A stretch of DNA of 64,000 nucleotides from Methanocaldococcus sp. 28A (GCA_049852185.1 CP187540.1); one strand, 5' to 3'; counted from the stretch's first letter, positions 1 through 11,495 are shown. Notes: a model not told the origin generated them from the letters alone. Made by a program: numbers and translations.

Positions 1-361
1 ATTTATTTTGAGCTTCAGCGTGTTCATTATCTACAACAAAAATTATTGGAATGTTTAGACCAAAAGCAACTCTTGGTAATTCAACAGAGTGTTTAGCTAT
101 AGCCACCTTTGGTTTTGCATTTGATATTAACTCAGCTAAGCCAATAACTCTCTCAGCATAAAAAATTAATTTATCTTTTAGTGTTTTTCCATGCTTTCCA
201 ATGCATTTTCCAACAAAATTGTAAATTTCTATTAATTTAGCCAAATTTTTTGAATCTCTAAAAGTTAATAAATACTCAATCCCTTCCTTTTCAAATTTTT
301 TTATTAGTTGGCAAAAATAATGCACATGGGGGGCGTTTGTTAAATCAATCCATACATCCAA
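1..361 (-). CDS. DUF354 family protein (partial, runs off window start)
   Basis: Manual translation from TTG at 361 behind GAGGTGA RBS: MDVWIDLTNAPHVHYF...KHGKTLKDKL...VVDNEHAEAQN. Confidence 0.85.
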   Translation of the reverse strand, partial: MDVWIDLTNAPHVHYFCQLIKKFEKEGIEYLLTFRDSKNLAKLIEIYNFVGKCIGKHGKTLKDKLIFYAERVIGLAELISNAKPKVAIAKHSVELPRVAFGLNIPIIFVVDNEHAEAQNK

Positions 362-375
362 AACAATCACCTCTT

Positions 376-1569
376 TTAAAATAAATACACATCTACAAGC
401 TCTCCTTTTTCATAACCTTCAACATTCTCTGGAATTAAGATATAACCGTCACTCTTTGTTAATGAGGAAATAACACCGCTGCCTGTTATTCTTATTGGCT
501 CTACTTCTTTATCTACCTTAACTCTAACAAAATCTACTCTGCCAAGTTCAGAAGCTATATTTCTCTTTAAGGGCATGGTTATTTTCTTTCTATTTACAAA
601 AAATCTTTGAACAAATAACTCAAATTGAACCGCTGATGCTACTGGATAACCAGACAGCATAAAGATAAGTTTATCATTAACTTTTCCTAATCCAAAAGGT
701 TTTCCTGGCCTTATATTTACTCCATGTAATATAACATCTCCCATTTCTTTAACTGTTTCAATTGTAATATCTCTTTCACTTACAGAAGTACCTCCAGTGA
801 TTAACAAGATATCATTTTCATTTAGAGCTTTTTTAATGGCTTTTTTTACCTTTTCTTTATTATCTTCAACAGCATCATAAATTTTTGCTTCAAACCCAAG
901 ATTTTTTACTAAACCATATAGCATATATGAATTAGAATTTATAATTTTCCCTTTTAGTTTGTTAATATCTTTTTTAATATCTCTAATTTCATCTAAACTA
1001 ACGAGCTCATCTCCTGTTGCAATTATTCCAAAACTTAAATCATAAACCTTAATTTTTTTAATTCCTAAAGATGCAAGCATATTTAAATGATAAGGATTAA
1101 TTACATCTCCTTTTTTTAAAACAACATCTCCTTTTTTAACATCTTCTCCAATTCTTGAAACATTTTCATTTGGATGAACACCTTTATAAACCTCAACAAA
1201 GTCATCAACTTCATTGCAAAATTCTTTCATAACGACAGCATCTGCATTTTTTGGCAATTCATCTCCAGTAAATATTTTCTTAGCCTCTCCTGAAAATATC
1301 TCATCCCCATCAACGAGATTTAATATTATTGGGTTTGTTTCAGATGCTCCAAAGGTGTCTTCAGCTATAACAGCATATCCATCCATCGCAGCTTTATTAA
1401 AATATGGCAAATCTATTGGAGCTGTTATATTTTCAGCAGATATTTTGTTTAACGCTTCAATAATGTCAATTTCTTTAATTTTTTTATTTTTGTTTAAATA
1501 ATTTAATAATTGCCCAAAAACAGTTTTTTCAGCATTTTTTAATGGCATTAATTTTCTTATTAGTTTCAT
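376..1569 (-). CDS. moeA: Molybdopterin molybdotransferase MoeA
   Basis: AAMDGYAV, TGDEL, ITGGTS and RPGKP motifs. Confidence 0.95.
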   Translation of the reverse strand: MKLIRKLMPLKNAEKTVFGQLLNYLNKNKKIKEIDIIEALNKISAENITAPIDLPYFNKAAMDGYAVIAEDTFGASETNPIILNLVDGDEIFSGEAKKIFTGDELPKNADAVVMKEFCNEVDDFVEVYKGVHPNENVSRIGEDVKKGDVVLKKGDVINPYHLNMLASLGIKKIKVYDLSFGIIATGDELVSLDEIRDIKKDINKLKGKIINSNSYMLYGLVKNLGFEAKIYDAVEDNKEKVKKAIKKALNENDILLITGGTSVSERDITIETVKEMGDVILHGVNIRPGKPFGLGKVNDKLIFMLSGYPVASAVQFELFVQRFFVNRKKITMPLKRNIASELGRVDFVRVKVDKEVEPIRITGSGVISSLTKSDGYILIPENVEGYEKGELVDVYLF

Positions 1570-1666
1570 ATTTTCACCAATAGATGGTATTTTTAAAGAA
1601 ATTATATAAAGTTTGAAATATAAAAAATTAAATTATAGGAAAATAAGTTAGTAGATGGTGATTTAA

Positions 1667-3178
1667 ATGTTATTCTTAAAGGTAAGAATTTTAGATATAG
1701 ATTTGGAAAACTTAGTTTTAATTAACTCTGAAGATTTAAAAAATTCCCAATATTTCCCTCAAGATAGAGTAGTTGTTGAATTTAAAGGAAAAGAGGTTAT
1801 TGGAGTTTTGTATTCATCAATCACATTAATAAATAGGGGGGAAATTGGACTACCTCAAAAGTTGGTTAAAGATTTAGGTGTTAAAGAAGGAGATACAGTT
1901 ACAATAAAACATGCTGAAAAGCCAAAATCTCTCCCATATATAAGAAAAAAGATGGAGGGAAATAAATTAAAAAAAGAAGAAATTTTTGCAATAATTGATG
2001 AGATGGTTGAAGGAAAATTAACAAACATTGAAATCTCTGCCTTTGTTACCTCCTTATACATAAATGGAATGGACATGGATGAAATTGAAGCAATGACCAT
2101 TAGAATGGCTGAAACTGGAGATATGGTTAATTGGGAAGGGCAGATATTTGATGTGCATTCAATTGGAGGAGTTCCTGGAAACAAATATGCTTTATTAGTT
2201 GTGCCAATTGTTGCTTCTGCTGGATTAAAAATTCCAAAAACTTCATCAAGGGCAATAACTTCAGCAGCAGGAACAGCAGATGTTGTTGAGGTTTTAACGA
2301 GAGTAGATTTAACAGTTGAAGAAATAAAAAGAGTTGTTAAAGAAACTAATGGCTGTATGGTATGGGGAGGGGCTTTAGATTTAGCTCCTGCAGATGATAT
2401 AACAATAAACGTTGAAAGACCTCTTGGTATAGACCCTGAACCTCTATTATTATCAAGTGTCATGGCAAAAAAATTAGCTATGGGTGTTAATAAACTATTG
2501 ATTGACATTCCAACAGGTTATGGAGCAAAGGTTAAATCTATAAAAGAAGCTTCAAGATTAGCAAGGAATTTTATTGAACTGAGTGATAGATTAAGAATAG
2601 CTACTGAGTGTGCTATCACCTATGGAGGACAGCCAATTGGTAGAGCTATTGGTCCTGCTTTGGAAGCAAAAGAGGCATTATTAGCTTTAGAAGATTACAA
2701 TCAAGCTCCAACAAGTTTAGTAGAAAAATCTATATCACTTGCAGGAATCTTATTAGAGATGGGAGGAGTAGCTCCTTCTGGAGAAGGGAAGTATTTAGCT
2801 GAAGATTTATTAGCAAAAGGAAAGGCACATGACAAATTTATGGAGATTATTGTAGCTCAAGGAGGGAAAGAGATAAGCTCTGATGAAGTAGATGTTGGAA
2901 AATATTTTGCTGATATACATTCTCCAATAGATGGGTATGTTACAAGAATATCAAATGCTGGAATTACAAAAATTGCTAAAGAAGCAGGAGCTCCAAATGA
3001 TAAAAAAGCTGGAATTTATTTGAATGTAAAAGTCGGAAATAAAGTTGAAAGAGGTGATGTTTTATATACAATATATTCAAGTTCAGAGGAGAGATTAAAA
3101 TCTGCTGTAAAATTGGCAAGAATATTATATCCTGTAAAAGTTGAAGGTATGTTACTTCAAAAAATTTCAAGATTTTAA
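1667..3178 (+). CDS. AMP phosphorylase (thymidine phosphorylase family)
   Basis: DVHSIGGVPGNK, PKTSSRAITSAAGTAD motifs; 503 aa with N-terminal extension. Confidence 0.95.
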   Translation: MLFLKVRILDIDLENLVLINSEDLKNSQYFPQDRVVVEFKGKEVIGVLYSSITLINRGEIGLPQKLVKDLGVKEGDTVTIKHAEKPKSLPYIRKKMEGNKLKKEEIFAIIDEMVEGKLTNIEISAFVTSLYINGMDMDEIEAMTIRMAETGDMVNWEGQIFDVHSIGGVPGNKYALLVVPIVASAGLKIPKTSSRAITSAAGTADVVEVLTRVDLTVEEIKRVVKETNGCMVWGGALDLAPADDITINVERPLGIDPEPLLLSSVMAKKLAMGVNKLLIDIPTGYGAKVKSIKEASRLARNFIELSDRLRIATECAITYGGQPIGRAIGPALEAKEALLALEDYNQAPTSLVEKSISLAGILLEMGGVAPSGEGKYLAEDLLAKGKAHDKFMEIIVAQGGKEISSDEVDVGKYFADIHSPIDGYVTRISNAGITKIAKEAGAPNDKKAGIYLNVKVGNKVERGDVLYTIYSSSEERLKSAVKLARILYPVKVEGMLLQKISRF

Positions 3179-3185
3179 GTTTTAA

Positions 3186-3710
3186 GTGAATGTTAATTTT
3201 GGGGCATCTGACAATCTTCTAAGCAGTATGTTAGATTCAAGTTCTGATATAAAAGATGAAACACTCACACCAAAAGATGATGGTGGATATGTAGATAATA
3301 ATAGTAATATCTTATCTGACCCAGAAACTTGGCTTTTAATTAATTCAAAGACAGGGAACCCATATATTCAAAAATCTATAAAATATGCTTTTGTTAGTAT
3401 TACATTAGCTTTAATAATTACTGACAGTGTGAATTAACGAAAAGAATCTTAAAAGCAAAAAACAGAAATAGGATGAGGTTAAATAGTTTTTAAAAAAAGG
3501 TGATACCTGTATGTTAGCAGCATTTAATGATATACTGGTTGATTCTATAAATAGTTTGAGGATATGTTCTTAGTATGGGGTAGTGAGGACATTAACGCCG
3601 ATAAAGACGATTAAAGGGATATCTATTGCTTGTATAATCACTTATCTAACCTTTCCAATATTTTATATGACGATAGATACAAATTTATGGCAATAGTTGA
3701 TTCAATGTGA
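3186..3710 (+). pseudogene. Possible degraded gene remnants of unknown family
   Basis: 83-aa ORF without RBS, plus a GGTGA RBS and ATG at 3510 whose frame breaks after 20 codons. Confidence 0.3.
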
Positions 3711-3931
3711 GTAATTATCTAACTTCAAAAAGTAATATCGGTTTTGTTAAATTTGTAGCGATTATTCACAATTGTATAAAATATTTAAGCAATATTCTAT
3801 AAAATTCTATAAAGTAATTAAATAATTAAAAAGTGTAGTAGTGTTGTAAAGAACTAAATAAAAAAAGGACTATCATAATTCACCATCAGTAAAATAAAAC
3901 CAAAATTTATTGATTACTTTAAGGTGAGATA

Positions 3932-4690
3932 ATGATGATTGATGCCCATACACATTTAGATGTTAGGAGTTTTGAGGATTTAGAGAAAATGGCATTATGT
4001 GGAATTGAAACAATTATAACCTGTGCTCATGACCCATATAAAATGAGCTCTCCTGAAGTCTATTTAGACCATTGGGATAGATTGATTAATTTAGAAGTAA
4101 AAAGAGGAAAAATGGCTGGTGTTAATGTTAAAGTAGCTGTAGGAGTTCATCCTATGGGATATCCAAAGAATTGGATGCCTTTAATAAAAAAACTTCCTGA
4201 ATTTTTAGAGAATGAGAATGTCGTTGCTATTGGAGAGACCGGATTACATTATTTAACAGAGGATGAGAAAAACCTTTTAAGAGAGCAGTTGATTTTGGCA
4301 AAAGATTACAACATGCCTATAATTATTCACACACCAGAGAAAAATAAAAAAGAGGCGTTAATTGAAATTTTAAAGATTTTAGATGAAGTTAAAATAAAGG
4401 ATGATTTGGTTATGATTGACCACATAAACAAAGAAACTGTAGATTTTATAGATAAGGATGTTTATGTTGGTTTAACCGTCCAACCATCAATGAAAATAAG
4501 CCATGAAGAAGCGGCAGAGATAATAAAGAATTATGATAAAAAATTTATTTTAAGCAGTGATTTGGGAAGTTTAAAAGCCGATATCTACGCTTTACCAAGA
4601 ACTAAGCTATATATGAAAAAAATTGGTGTTAAAGAAGAGAAGATAATTGATTCAACTTACAAGAACGCAAAGAAATTTTATAGATTGTAA
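3932..4690 (+). CDS. TatD-related metal-dependent hydrolase
   Basis: IDAHTH, GVHP, AIGETGL, IIHTP motifs. Confidence 0.9.
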   Translation: MMIDAHTHLDVRSFEDLEKMALCGIETIITCAHDPYKMSSPEVYLDHWDRLINLEVKRGKMAGVNVKVAVGVHPMGYPKNWMPLIKKLPEFLENENVVAIGETGLHYLTEDEKNLLREQLILAKDYNMPIIIHTPEKNKKEALIEILKILDEVKIKDDLVMIDHINKETVDFIDKDVYVGLTVQPSMKISHEEAAEIIKNYDKKFILSSDLGSLKADIYALPRTKLYMKKIGVKEEKIIDSTYKNAKKFYRL

Positions 4691-4733
4691 ATACTATTAA
4701 TTCATAATATTTTAAATATTTAGGTGAATTGAT

Positions 4734-5471
4734 ATGAAAGCTATATTTATTTACCACAAAGGAAACAAAAGAATGGAAAAATTCTATAAAAATCTATTAA
4801 ATGAGCCAAATTTTTGTAGAATTTGTGATGACTGCTATAACTGTAGAGGGACTTGGAGCTTCAAAAATAATGTAAAAAATATTATCATTGATGAAGTTTA
4901 TGAAGAATTTATAGACAACCCTTACGATTATCTTCCAGAGCTCCCAGAAGGAGATGTTTGTATAGCTCAATTGCATGAAGATTTGTTGTATGAGCTTCCT
5001 TTATTATTAAAAGAGAAAAATTACAAAGCTTTAATTGTTCCTTCTGAAACTCCACAAGATTTGTCTCCAGCATTAAGAAGAGATTTAAGTAGAGTCTGTA
5101 AAGAGTATAATATAGAATTCGAAAACCCGAAACCATTCTGTTCATTAGAGAAAAAAGAAGATACTGAGTTCATAAACAAATTTATTGACTATTTCAAAAT
5201 AGGAAAACCAAAATTGGAGATAGAAGTTGAAAATAATGTTATTAAAGATGTTAAAGTTAAAATCTCTGCCCCATGTGGAGAGACATACTACATAGCTAAA
5301 AGATTGAAAGGAAAATCTATAAACGATTTGAGAGAAGAGATTGCAAATGCCCATCATAATTATCCATGTTTAGCAAGTATGGAGATGGATAAAGAGTTAA
5401 GAGACACTATTTTGCATAAAGCTGGATATATTGCAATTGAAAGCGTTGAAAAAGCTATAAAAAATAAATAA
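4734..5471 (+). CDS. DUF166 family protein (MJ0757-like)
   Basis: PKPFCSL, SAPCG, HHNYPCLASM motifs. Confidence 0.8.
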   Translation: MKAIFIYHKGNKRMEKFYKNLLNEPNFCRICDDCYNCRGTWSFKNNVKNIIIDEVYEEFIDNPYDYLPELPEGDVCIAQLHEDLLYELPLLLKEKNYKALIVPSETPQDLSPALRRDLSRVCKEYNIEFENPKPFCSLEKKEDTEFINKFIDYFKIGKPKLEIEVENNVIKDVKVKISAPCGETYYIAKRLKGKSINDLREEIANAHHNYPCLASMEMDKELRDTILHKAGYIAIESVEKAIKNK

Positions 5472-5558
5472 ATTTTTATTTTTATATTTATTTTTATAAT
5501 TGTGTATAAGTTTTCCACAACTTAGTAAATTTTATATACTTTGTTTTATTATTATATA

Positions 5559-5596
5559 TGTAGTAAAAAAGATATATATACTACAACAATACTACA
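5559..5596. promoter_or_regulatory. Candidate operator TGTAGTA-N13-TACTACA plus an extra TACTACA
   Basis: Inverted repeat 5559-5565/5579-5585 and third half-site 5590-5596, between TATA-like TTTATATA (5531-5538) and the RBS. Confidence 0.35.
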
Positions 5597-5605
5597 GGTG
5601 AAAGA

Positions 5606-6019
5606 ATGAAGAAACTATTATTAGCAATATTGGGAATTACATTAATGGGAGTAGTTTTTGCCTTTCCACCATGGATGAACATGCAAACTACTGAAAATAT
5701 AGATATAAATCCAGAAGACATTTTAAAAACTGCAAATATAGTTAATTATACAACACCATTTGGCTACAACATTTCCCACTTAGAAATAGATGGACAGATA
5801 GTTGGAGTTTTATGGAAAGATGTTGATTTGAGCAAATTAGAGATTGGAGAACCATTTAATACACCATTTGGTGAGAAGTATCCTTTATACTATGATGGAG
5901 AGTTAGTTGGATTTGTATTTACCAACTATCCAAGTTACTATTATGGGCATGGAATGATGAGAAGATACGGATACCATAACTGTCCTTGTGGATGTTATTG
6001 TGGATGTTGTGGACAATAA
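5606..6019 (+). CDS. Secreted hypothetical protein with Cys-rich C-terminal tail
   Basis: Signal peptide; internal TPFG...DG..VG repeat; tail GHGMMRRYGYHNCPCGCYCGCCGQ. Confidence 0.8.
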   Translation: MKKLLLAILGITLMGVVFAFPPWMNMQTTENIDINPEDILKTANIVNYTTPFGYNISHLEIDGQIVGVLWKDVDLSKLEIGEPFNTPFGEKYPLYYDGELVGFVFTNYPSYYYGHGMMRRYGYHNCPCGCYCGCCGQ

Positions 6020-6198
6020 TAAAAGTGATATGAAAATATAAATAATAATGGTAAATCAAATATCTTTCATTTCTTTTTATTATTGAAACTCTATGAAAAA
6101 CAGTTATCTATTCCTTTTGGAGTTAAATGAATATTAGCAAAAATCAAACGTTAAATTTAAATAATTGTAATATAATATATTACTTTAGAGGTGATAAC

Positions 6199-7719
6199 AT
6201 GTGGAAAAAATTAATATTACTATTGCTAATTGCAATTCCAATGGTTTCTGCAACAGATGTGATTTTAGTAAGTGACAATTGTGCAGACCAATGTACAGCT
6301 TTAGAGGTAGCAAAGGCGTTAAATGCAACAGTAATAACAACCGAGTGGGGGATTTACAACGAAAGCTTAGTTAATGAAATATTAGCTTTAAAACCTGATA
6401 AAGTAATAATTATTGGAGGTCCTTTAGCAGTAGCTGAAAATTATACAACTGCATTAGAAAATGCAGGATTAACTGTTGAGAGAATTGGTGGACAAACAAG
6501 GTATGAAACTAATGCAAACGTTACATTAAGATTCCAAAATCAATTCAGATATGCTTATGGATCTAACATAACCGCATATGTATGTCACGGATTTGATGAT
6601 ATAGCATTAAATGAAACAATGGAAAGAATAAGAAATGGAACAGGTTTAGTTTTATTAACTAATGGCGTAAATTTAACTGTTGAACCCGAAAGGTTACAAT
6701 TAAGAATAAACAAAATAGAAGTTATTGAAAACCCAATTTGTCCATTCTGTAACTACTCAGCGTTAGTTATGAAATTACAAAGAAAAGGTTTAAATGTTGA
6801 AATTCAGAAAATTCCAGAAGACAGAGTTAAATTAATGTTGCAAAATAGAATAAAAATAATGGAAAAAAGAATCTATATGTTAAAAAGAATGGGAATCAAT
6901 GTTAGCGACTTAGAAGAAAAATTGAAAGAAGTTGAAGAATTAATGAACCAAAATAGATACCAAGATGCATATAGAATAATGATTCAATTGAATGGAGAAC
7001 AGATGGCTATGGTTAAATTGCACTTACATCCAATGGGACATGGAAAAGAAAATGCAATGGGGAGAAATGCACCTCATGTCTATAATCAAAATGTCAATAC
7101 CTCACAAATGGGGATGAGAAAAGGAAGGATAGTAGGAGATAATGGTAATATAAATGTTAGTCTAATGTATAAAGATATTAATGCTTTACCAAAACAGCCA
7201 ATAAGTGAAGAAGAAAAAGAAGGATTAATTGAGATGAGAGAAGAAGAAAAATTAGCAAGGGATGTTTACTTAACCTTATATCACAAGTGGGGACTACAAA
7301 TATTCAAAAATATTGCTGAAAGTGAGCAAACTCATATGGATTCAATTAAATATCTCTTAGATAGATACAATATTACAGACCCTGTTAAAAGTGAAGAAGT
7401 TGGTAAATTCTCAAATCCAAAATTTGAGGAGCTTTATAATAAGTTAGTTGAGCAGGGTAGCAAATCTGTTGTTGATGCGTTAAAAGTTGGAGCTACTATT
7501 GAGGATATGGATATTGCTGATTTAGAATATTGGATAAACAAAACAGATAATGAAGATATAAAATTTGTTTATGAAAACTTAATGAAAGGTTCAAGAAACC
7601 ATATGAGGGCTTTTGTTAGTATGTTAGAAAGATATGGGGCAAATTACACTCCTCAATATATAAGTAAGGAAGAATATGAGCAAATAATAAGCAGTTCAAT
7701 AGAGAGAGGAAATAGGTGA
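6199..7719 (+). CDS. Secreted cell-wall-binding-repeat-2 protein fused to a DUF2202 ferritin-like domain
   Basis: Start reset to ATG 6199 after GAGGTGA; signal peptide; [11 protein letters not shown] motif; C-terminal [21 protein letters not shown] motifs. Confidence 0.85.
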   Translation: MWKKLILLLLIAIPMVSATDVILVSDNCADQCTALEVAKALNATVITTEWGIYNESLVNEILALKPDKVIIIGGPLAVAENYTTALENAGLTVERIGGQTRYETNANVTLRFQNQFRYAYGSNITAYVCHGFDDIALNETMERIRNGTGLVLLTNGVNLTVEPERLQLRINKIEVIENPICPFCNYSALVMKLQRKGLNVEIQKIPEDRVKLMLQNRIKIMEKRIYMLKRMGINVSDLEEKLKEVEELMNQNRYQDAYRIMIQLNGEQMAMVKLHLHPMGHGKENAMGRNAPHVYNQNVNTSQMGMRKGRIVGDNGNINVSLMYKDINALPKQPISEEEKEGLIEMREEEKLARDVYLTLYHKWGLQIFKNIAESEQTHMDSIKYLLDRYNITDPVKSEEVGKFSNPKFEELYNKLVEQGSKSVVDALKVGATIEDMDIADLEYWINKTDNEDIKFVYENLMKGSRNHMRAFVSMLERYGANYTPQYISKEEYEQIISSSIERGNR

Positions 7720-8315
7720 AGAGTATGAGAAAATTATTTACTATTTTTTTACTTTTATCTTTTTTAACTTTATCTTTTGCATGGGATGATTGTCCTTTTG
7801 GAATAGTAAATGACCCCTATCCTGGAAAATGTGGAAGGTATATTGATACAAATCATGATGGTATTTGCGACCATAGTGAGCCTGCACCAACATCTTTAGA
7901 TAACTCAAATAATATTAATAGCAACATAAATAACACAAATATAGAATTAACTGAGAAGTTAATTGATGAATATGTCAATATATCTGGGAAAGAATTAAAA
8001 TTATACACCATAAAAGAAATTTGCGATAAATATGGGATAAATCCAAATTGTTTAAAAGAAAAATTAAAAATTAATGTCTCTGACGATACAACATTTGATG
8101 AGATAAAAAAGATCTATGGAATTTCACCAAGTGTTGTTAAAAAAGCAATTGTTGAGTGTATGATTGAAGAAGGGAAAATTAAAATAAATGTTACCCAAAA
8201 CATATCAAATAATAATTTAAAAACAAATGAAGAATATAAGAATGAGTCAATTATTGATAAAATAATATCCTTCCTATTCTCAACAATAAATTTAAGAGAC
8301 CTATTATTTAGGTGA
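7716..8315 (+). CDS. Secreted protein with CPFG..PYPGxCxRYxDxNxDGICD motif
   Basis: Signal peptide followed by a three-Cys motif; translationally coupled to the upstream gene. Confidence 0.75.
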   Translation: MKSMRKLFTIFLLLSFLTLSFAWDDCPFGIVNDPYPGKCGRYIDTNHDGICDHSEPAPTSLDNSNNINSNINNTNIELTEKLIDEYVNISGKELKLYTIKEICDKYGINPNCLKEKLKINVSDDTTFDEIKKIYGISPSVVKKAIVECMIEEGKIKINVTQNISNNNLKTNEEYKNESIIDKIISFLFSTINLRDLLFR

Positions 8316-8321
8316 ATATAA

Positions 8322-9038
8322 ATGGATAAAATACAGAAATTAAGAAAAATTTCCCAAATATTCTTTTTTGTTTATTTTGTTTTCTTAACTAGTTTTTGTT
8401 TATGCTTCTTTGGAATTATTGAGAAATTTATTTTAAAAGGAACTGTTGGGCAGTTAATTGTTAAGTTAATTGTTATTATTGCTTTAACTTTAATATTTGG
8501 AAGAATATTTTGTGGCTGGATGTGTCCATTGGGTTTTTTATTTGAATTATCTTACAAGTTGAGAGTAAAGTTGTTTAAAACAAAAAAACTACCTACAGTT
8601 AATGAAAACATCCACAATAAATTAATTTATCTAAGATATGTAGTGTTAATTGTTTCTCTAATTTTAACATATTATCTTTCAACTTATGCATTTTGTAAAG
8701 TATGTCCAATTGGATTCTTAACAAATCTTTATGGAACAGTTATATCTTTTATAATACTAATTATTTTCTTAATTATTTCTTTCTTTATTCCTATGGCATT
8801 TTGTAGATACTTTTGCCCATTAGGTGCATTTTTATCAATATTTTCTATAAAGCCAATATTTCAACTAAAAACAAATAATAACTGTGTTAAATGTAAGTTA
8901 TGCGAGTTCAAATGCCCTATGCAAATAAAAATAACTGAAAATCTTGACCAGAAGGAGTGTATGAGGTGTTTTGAATGTAAAAGTGCTTGTAAAAAAGGAG
9001 GTTTATCATTTTCGCACATCTTCAAAAAGAAAGATTAA
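8322..9038 (+). CDS. NapH/MauN-type membrane 4Fe-4S protein
   Basis: FGRIFCGWMCPLG and FCRYFCPLGA motifs, two CxxCxxCxxxC motifs, TM segments. Confidence 0.9.
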   Translation: MDKIQKLRKISQIFFFVYFVFLTSFCLCFFGIIEKFILKGTVGQLIVKLIVIIALTLIFGRIFCGWMCPLGFLFELSYKLRVKLFKTKKLPTVNENIHNKLIYLRYVVLIVSLILTYYLSTYAFCKVCPIGFLTNLYGTVISFIILIIFLIISFFIPMAFCRYFCPLGAFLSIFSIKPIFQLKTNNNCVKCKLCEFKCPMQIKITENLDQKECMRCFECKSACKKGGLSFSHIFKKKD

Positions 9039-9054
9039 TAAAAATCTTTTTATT

Positions 9055-9525
9055 TTTATAGACTCTGGAGAGTTAAAAGATAGAGCTGATTATAGTTTTG
9101 TGCAAAATAATATAAACTTTTATAAGGACACTAACTCCTTATTTTATTTAAGATAGTTTTGCACACAACGGATAATGAGATAAAACTCTCTAATAAAGAA
9201 AAAAAGTTAATTTATTCTTATATTGGAGGAAAACCAAAACTTATTGTAAAGTGATGAACAAATTAGATACTAAAAATTTAATGAATATTTTAGAATATAT
9301 ACTTAAAGATGAAACCTCTAAATTAAAAAAGTTGTTGGTTAGAATAAAGAGTTATAAATTTGAAAGTATTAATTATGAAAAAATTATTGAAGCATTAAAA
9401 TTATTTAAAGATGATTATGTAATTAATGAATATCTAAATTAAAATAATATACTATTCTTAAATCCAATTGAAGGAATTTTAAAGCCACAATTATTTTTAA
9501 TTTAGAATGCTATAAAAAAGTGCTA
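9055..9525 (+). pseudogene. C-terminal remnant of an archaeal ATPase (Methanococcales paralog family), interrupted by a family-1 MITE
   Basis: ELKDRADY | MITE | LIYSYIGGKPKLI...IIEALKLFKD...* NNILFLNPIEGILKPQ...*NAIKK with in-frame stops. Confidence 0.7.
9091..9169. mobile_element. Family-1 MITE-like palindromic repeat (short form)
   Basis: TATAGTTTTGTGCAAAA...TTTTGCACACAAC. Confidence 0.85.
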
Positions 9526-9570
9526 TAAGACATTGGTTATGAATAACAAAAATAGCATAGAGGGATAATA

Positions 9571-9780
9571 ATGAAGATAGAAATAAATGAAAATTTCTGT
9601 AAAGGATGTGATATATGTATTGTAGTATGCCCAAGAGGGGTATTTGAAAAATCAAAAAAGTTGAATAAAAAAGGTATATATCCTCCAATCCCAGTAAATG
9701 CTGAAAAATGCACAAAATGCAATCTCTGTATATTACAATGTCCAGACCAGGCAATCTCAATAGAACTTACGCAGGAATAA
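9571..9780 (+). CDS. 2x[4Fe-4S] ferredoxin (KorD-like)
   Basis: CKGCDICIVVCP and CTKCNLCILQCPD motifs. Confidence 0.9.
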   Translation: MKIEINENFCKGCDICIVVCPRGVFEKSKKLNKKGIYPPIPVNAEKCTKCNLCILQCPDQAISIELTQE

Positions 9781-9855
9781 ATTTTTTAATTAAATATAGA
9801 GACCTAATGGTGTCAAAGCTCCTTATTAATAATATAAAGCTGCGAAAGTCCTATT
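9759..9855. mobile_element. Family-2 MITE-like palindromic repeat
   Basis: AATAGAACTTACGCAG...CTGCGAAAGTCCTATT; overlaps the ferredoxin 3' end. Confidence 0.8.
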
Positions 9856-9909
9856 AAACTAAAAACTACATTTGTTAGACATTTATAAAGTATTTGAAGA
9901 GATGAGAGG

Positions 9910-10716
9910 ATGATTCAAATAACGGTAATTCAGATAGATAATTACGGACCTTGGACAGTTACTCCAAATCCACGAAGAGAGAGTGATTTACAAGCTCTGC
10001 AGAGCAGATTATATGCTGATTTAAATCTCATGTTTGGAGCTCATAAGGGATTAGTGTTCTATACAAGATTTGATAATTTAATAGCTATAACAAATGGTAT
10101 TGATTTAATTACACACAAAAGAATTCAAGAGAGCATAAGAAACAGATATCCATTTACAGTTAGTATGGCTATTGCTTCAGCAGAAACACCTTATGAAGCT
10201 CAAAAACTTGCTACAAAAACACTACAGGAGCATGGAAGTGCTCAAGATGAAAATAGAAAAGAGGTTTTAGATGTAGCCAATGAGTTGGTTGTTGATGGTT
10301 ATGTCCAAATTGCCCACATTGATATAAACAACATTACGGGAACGTTTACAGATATTGTAAGTGCCTATGACACCTATATAAATGTAAATAAGGTTAAATT
10401 AGTATTGATGGAGGAGCTTTTAAAACATAACGCTTTGTTGTTTTTCATAGGAGGAGATAACTTCATGGCTCCATCAAATGGAATGAGTGAGGAAGATTTC
10501 TTAGATATTTTCAACAGAATCAATAAAAATTATAATATAGAGTTGAAAGCAGGAATTGGGATAGGGAGAACTGCAGAAGATGCCTCAAACTTGGCTGATG
10601 AGGGATTAGAGAAAATTAGAAAAAAGATAGTTAATAAAAATGTATGCACTTTAAAGCAAGATAATGTATTAGAGCAAAATATAACAACTGGAAGATTATG
10701 TGGATTACAAAGGTGA
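9910..10716 (+). CDS. gch3: GTP cyclohydrolase III (IIa)
   Basis: QIDNYGPWT...RRESDLQ, RFDN, GGDNF motifs. Confidence 0.92.
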   Translation: MIQITVIQIDNYGPWTVTPNPRRESDLQALQSRLYADLNLMFGAHKGLVFYTRFDNLIAITNGIDLITHKRIQESIRNRYPFTVSMAIASAETPYEAQKLATKTLQEHGSAQDENRKEVLDVANELVVDGYVQIAHIDINNITGTFTDIVSAYDTYINVNKVKLVLMEELLKHNALLFFIGGDNFMAPSNGMSEEDFLDIFNRINKNYNIELKAGIGIGRTAEDASNLADEGLEKIRKKIVNKNVCTLKQDNVLEQNITTGRLCGLQR

Positions 10717-10724
10717 TTATAGAG

Positions 10725-11495
10725 ATGAACAAAAAAATAGAAAGATTAAAGGAGTTGAATAAAAAAATTGTCTTAGCTCCTATGGCAGGCATTACTGATG
10801 GAGATTTCTGTAAAAAATTTATTGATTTGTTTGCCATTGTTACTATTGGTGGCTACAACTTAGATACTGCAACATATAAAGCAAGTAAAGACATAGAGAA
10901 AAGAGGAAGAAAAGAATTTTCTATAAATTTGAGAGAATTTAATAATTATATAATTGAACAAATAAAAAAAGCAAGAGAAACCAATGCTTTAGTTTCAGTT
11001 AATGTTAGATTTGTTGATATAGATGAAGCTTATGATAAATTATTAACTATTTCTAAATATGCCGATATTATAGAACTTAACTGCCATTGTAGGCAGAAGG
11101 AAATAACTTCATTGGGCATTGGACAAGAGTTAATGGGAAATAAAAAGCTCTTAGAAGAATTTTTAAATAGAATGAAAGAGTTAAATAAACCAATTTTTTT
11201 AAAGATAAGATTAAATTACATCCCACTAAAAGAGCTAATGAATAATTTAAACTATGTGAGGGATTATTTTGATGGATTGCATGTTGATTGTTTTTATCCA
11301 GGAAAACCTTATGCAGATATAGATTCATTAAAAATCTTAGCAGAAGCTTTTAGTGATAAAATAATAATTGGAAATAACTCAATTGATTCCATAGAAAAAG
11401 CTAAAGAAATGTTAAAATACTCTGATTTTGTGTCTGTTGCAAGAGCTGTTTTGAAAGGTAATGTTGAGTGGATAAAAGAGTTAAATAAAGAATAA
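10725..11495 (+). CDS. Dihydrouridine-synthase-like TIM barrel (MJ0144 family)
   Basis: LAPMAGITD, ELNCHCRQ, IGNNSI motifs; start placed at ATG 10725 after GGTGA. Confidence 0.85.
   Translation: MNKKIERLKELNKKIVLAPMAGITDGDFCKKFIDLFAIVTIGGYNLDTATYKASKDIEKRGRKEFSINLREFNNYIIEQIKKARETNALVSVNVRFVDIDEAYDKLLTISKYADIIELNCHCRQKEITSLGIGQELMGNKKLLEEFLNRMKELNKPIFLKIRLNYIPLKELMNNLNYVRDYFDGLHVDCFYPGKPYADIDSLKILAEAFSDKIIIGNNSIDSIEKAKEMLKYSDFVSVARAVLKGNVEWIKELNKE

Noticed and set aside
9251-9442. 63-aa ORF as an independent gene
   Set aside because: It is an internal piece of the ATPase pseudogene.
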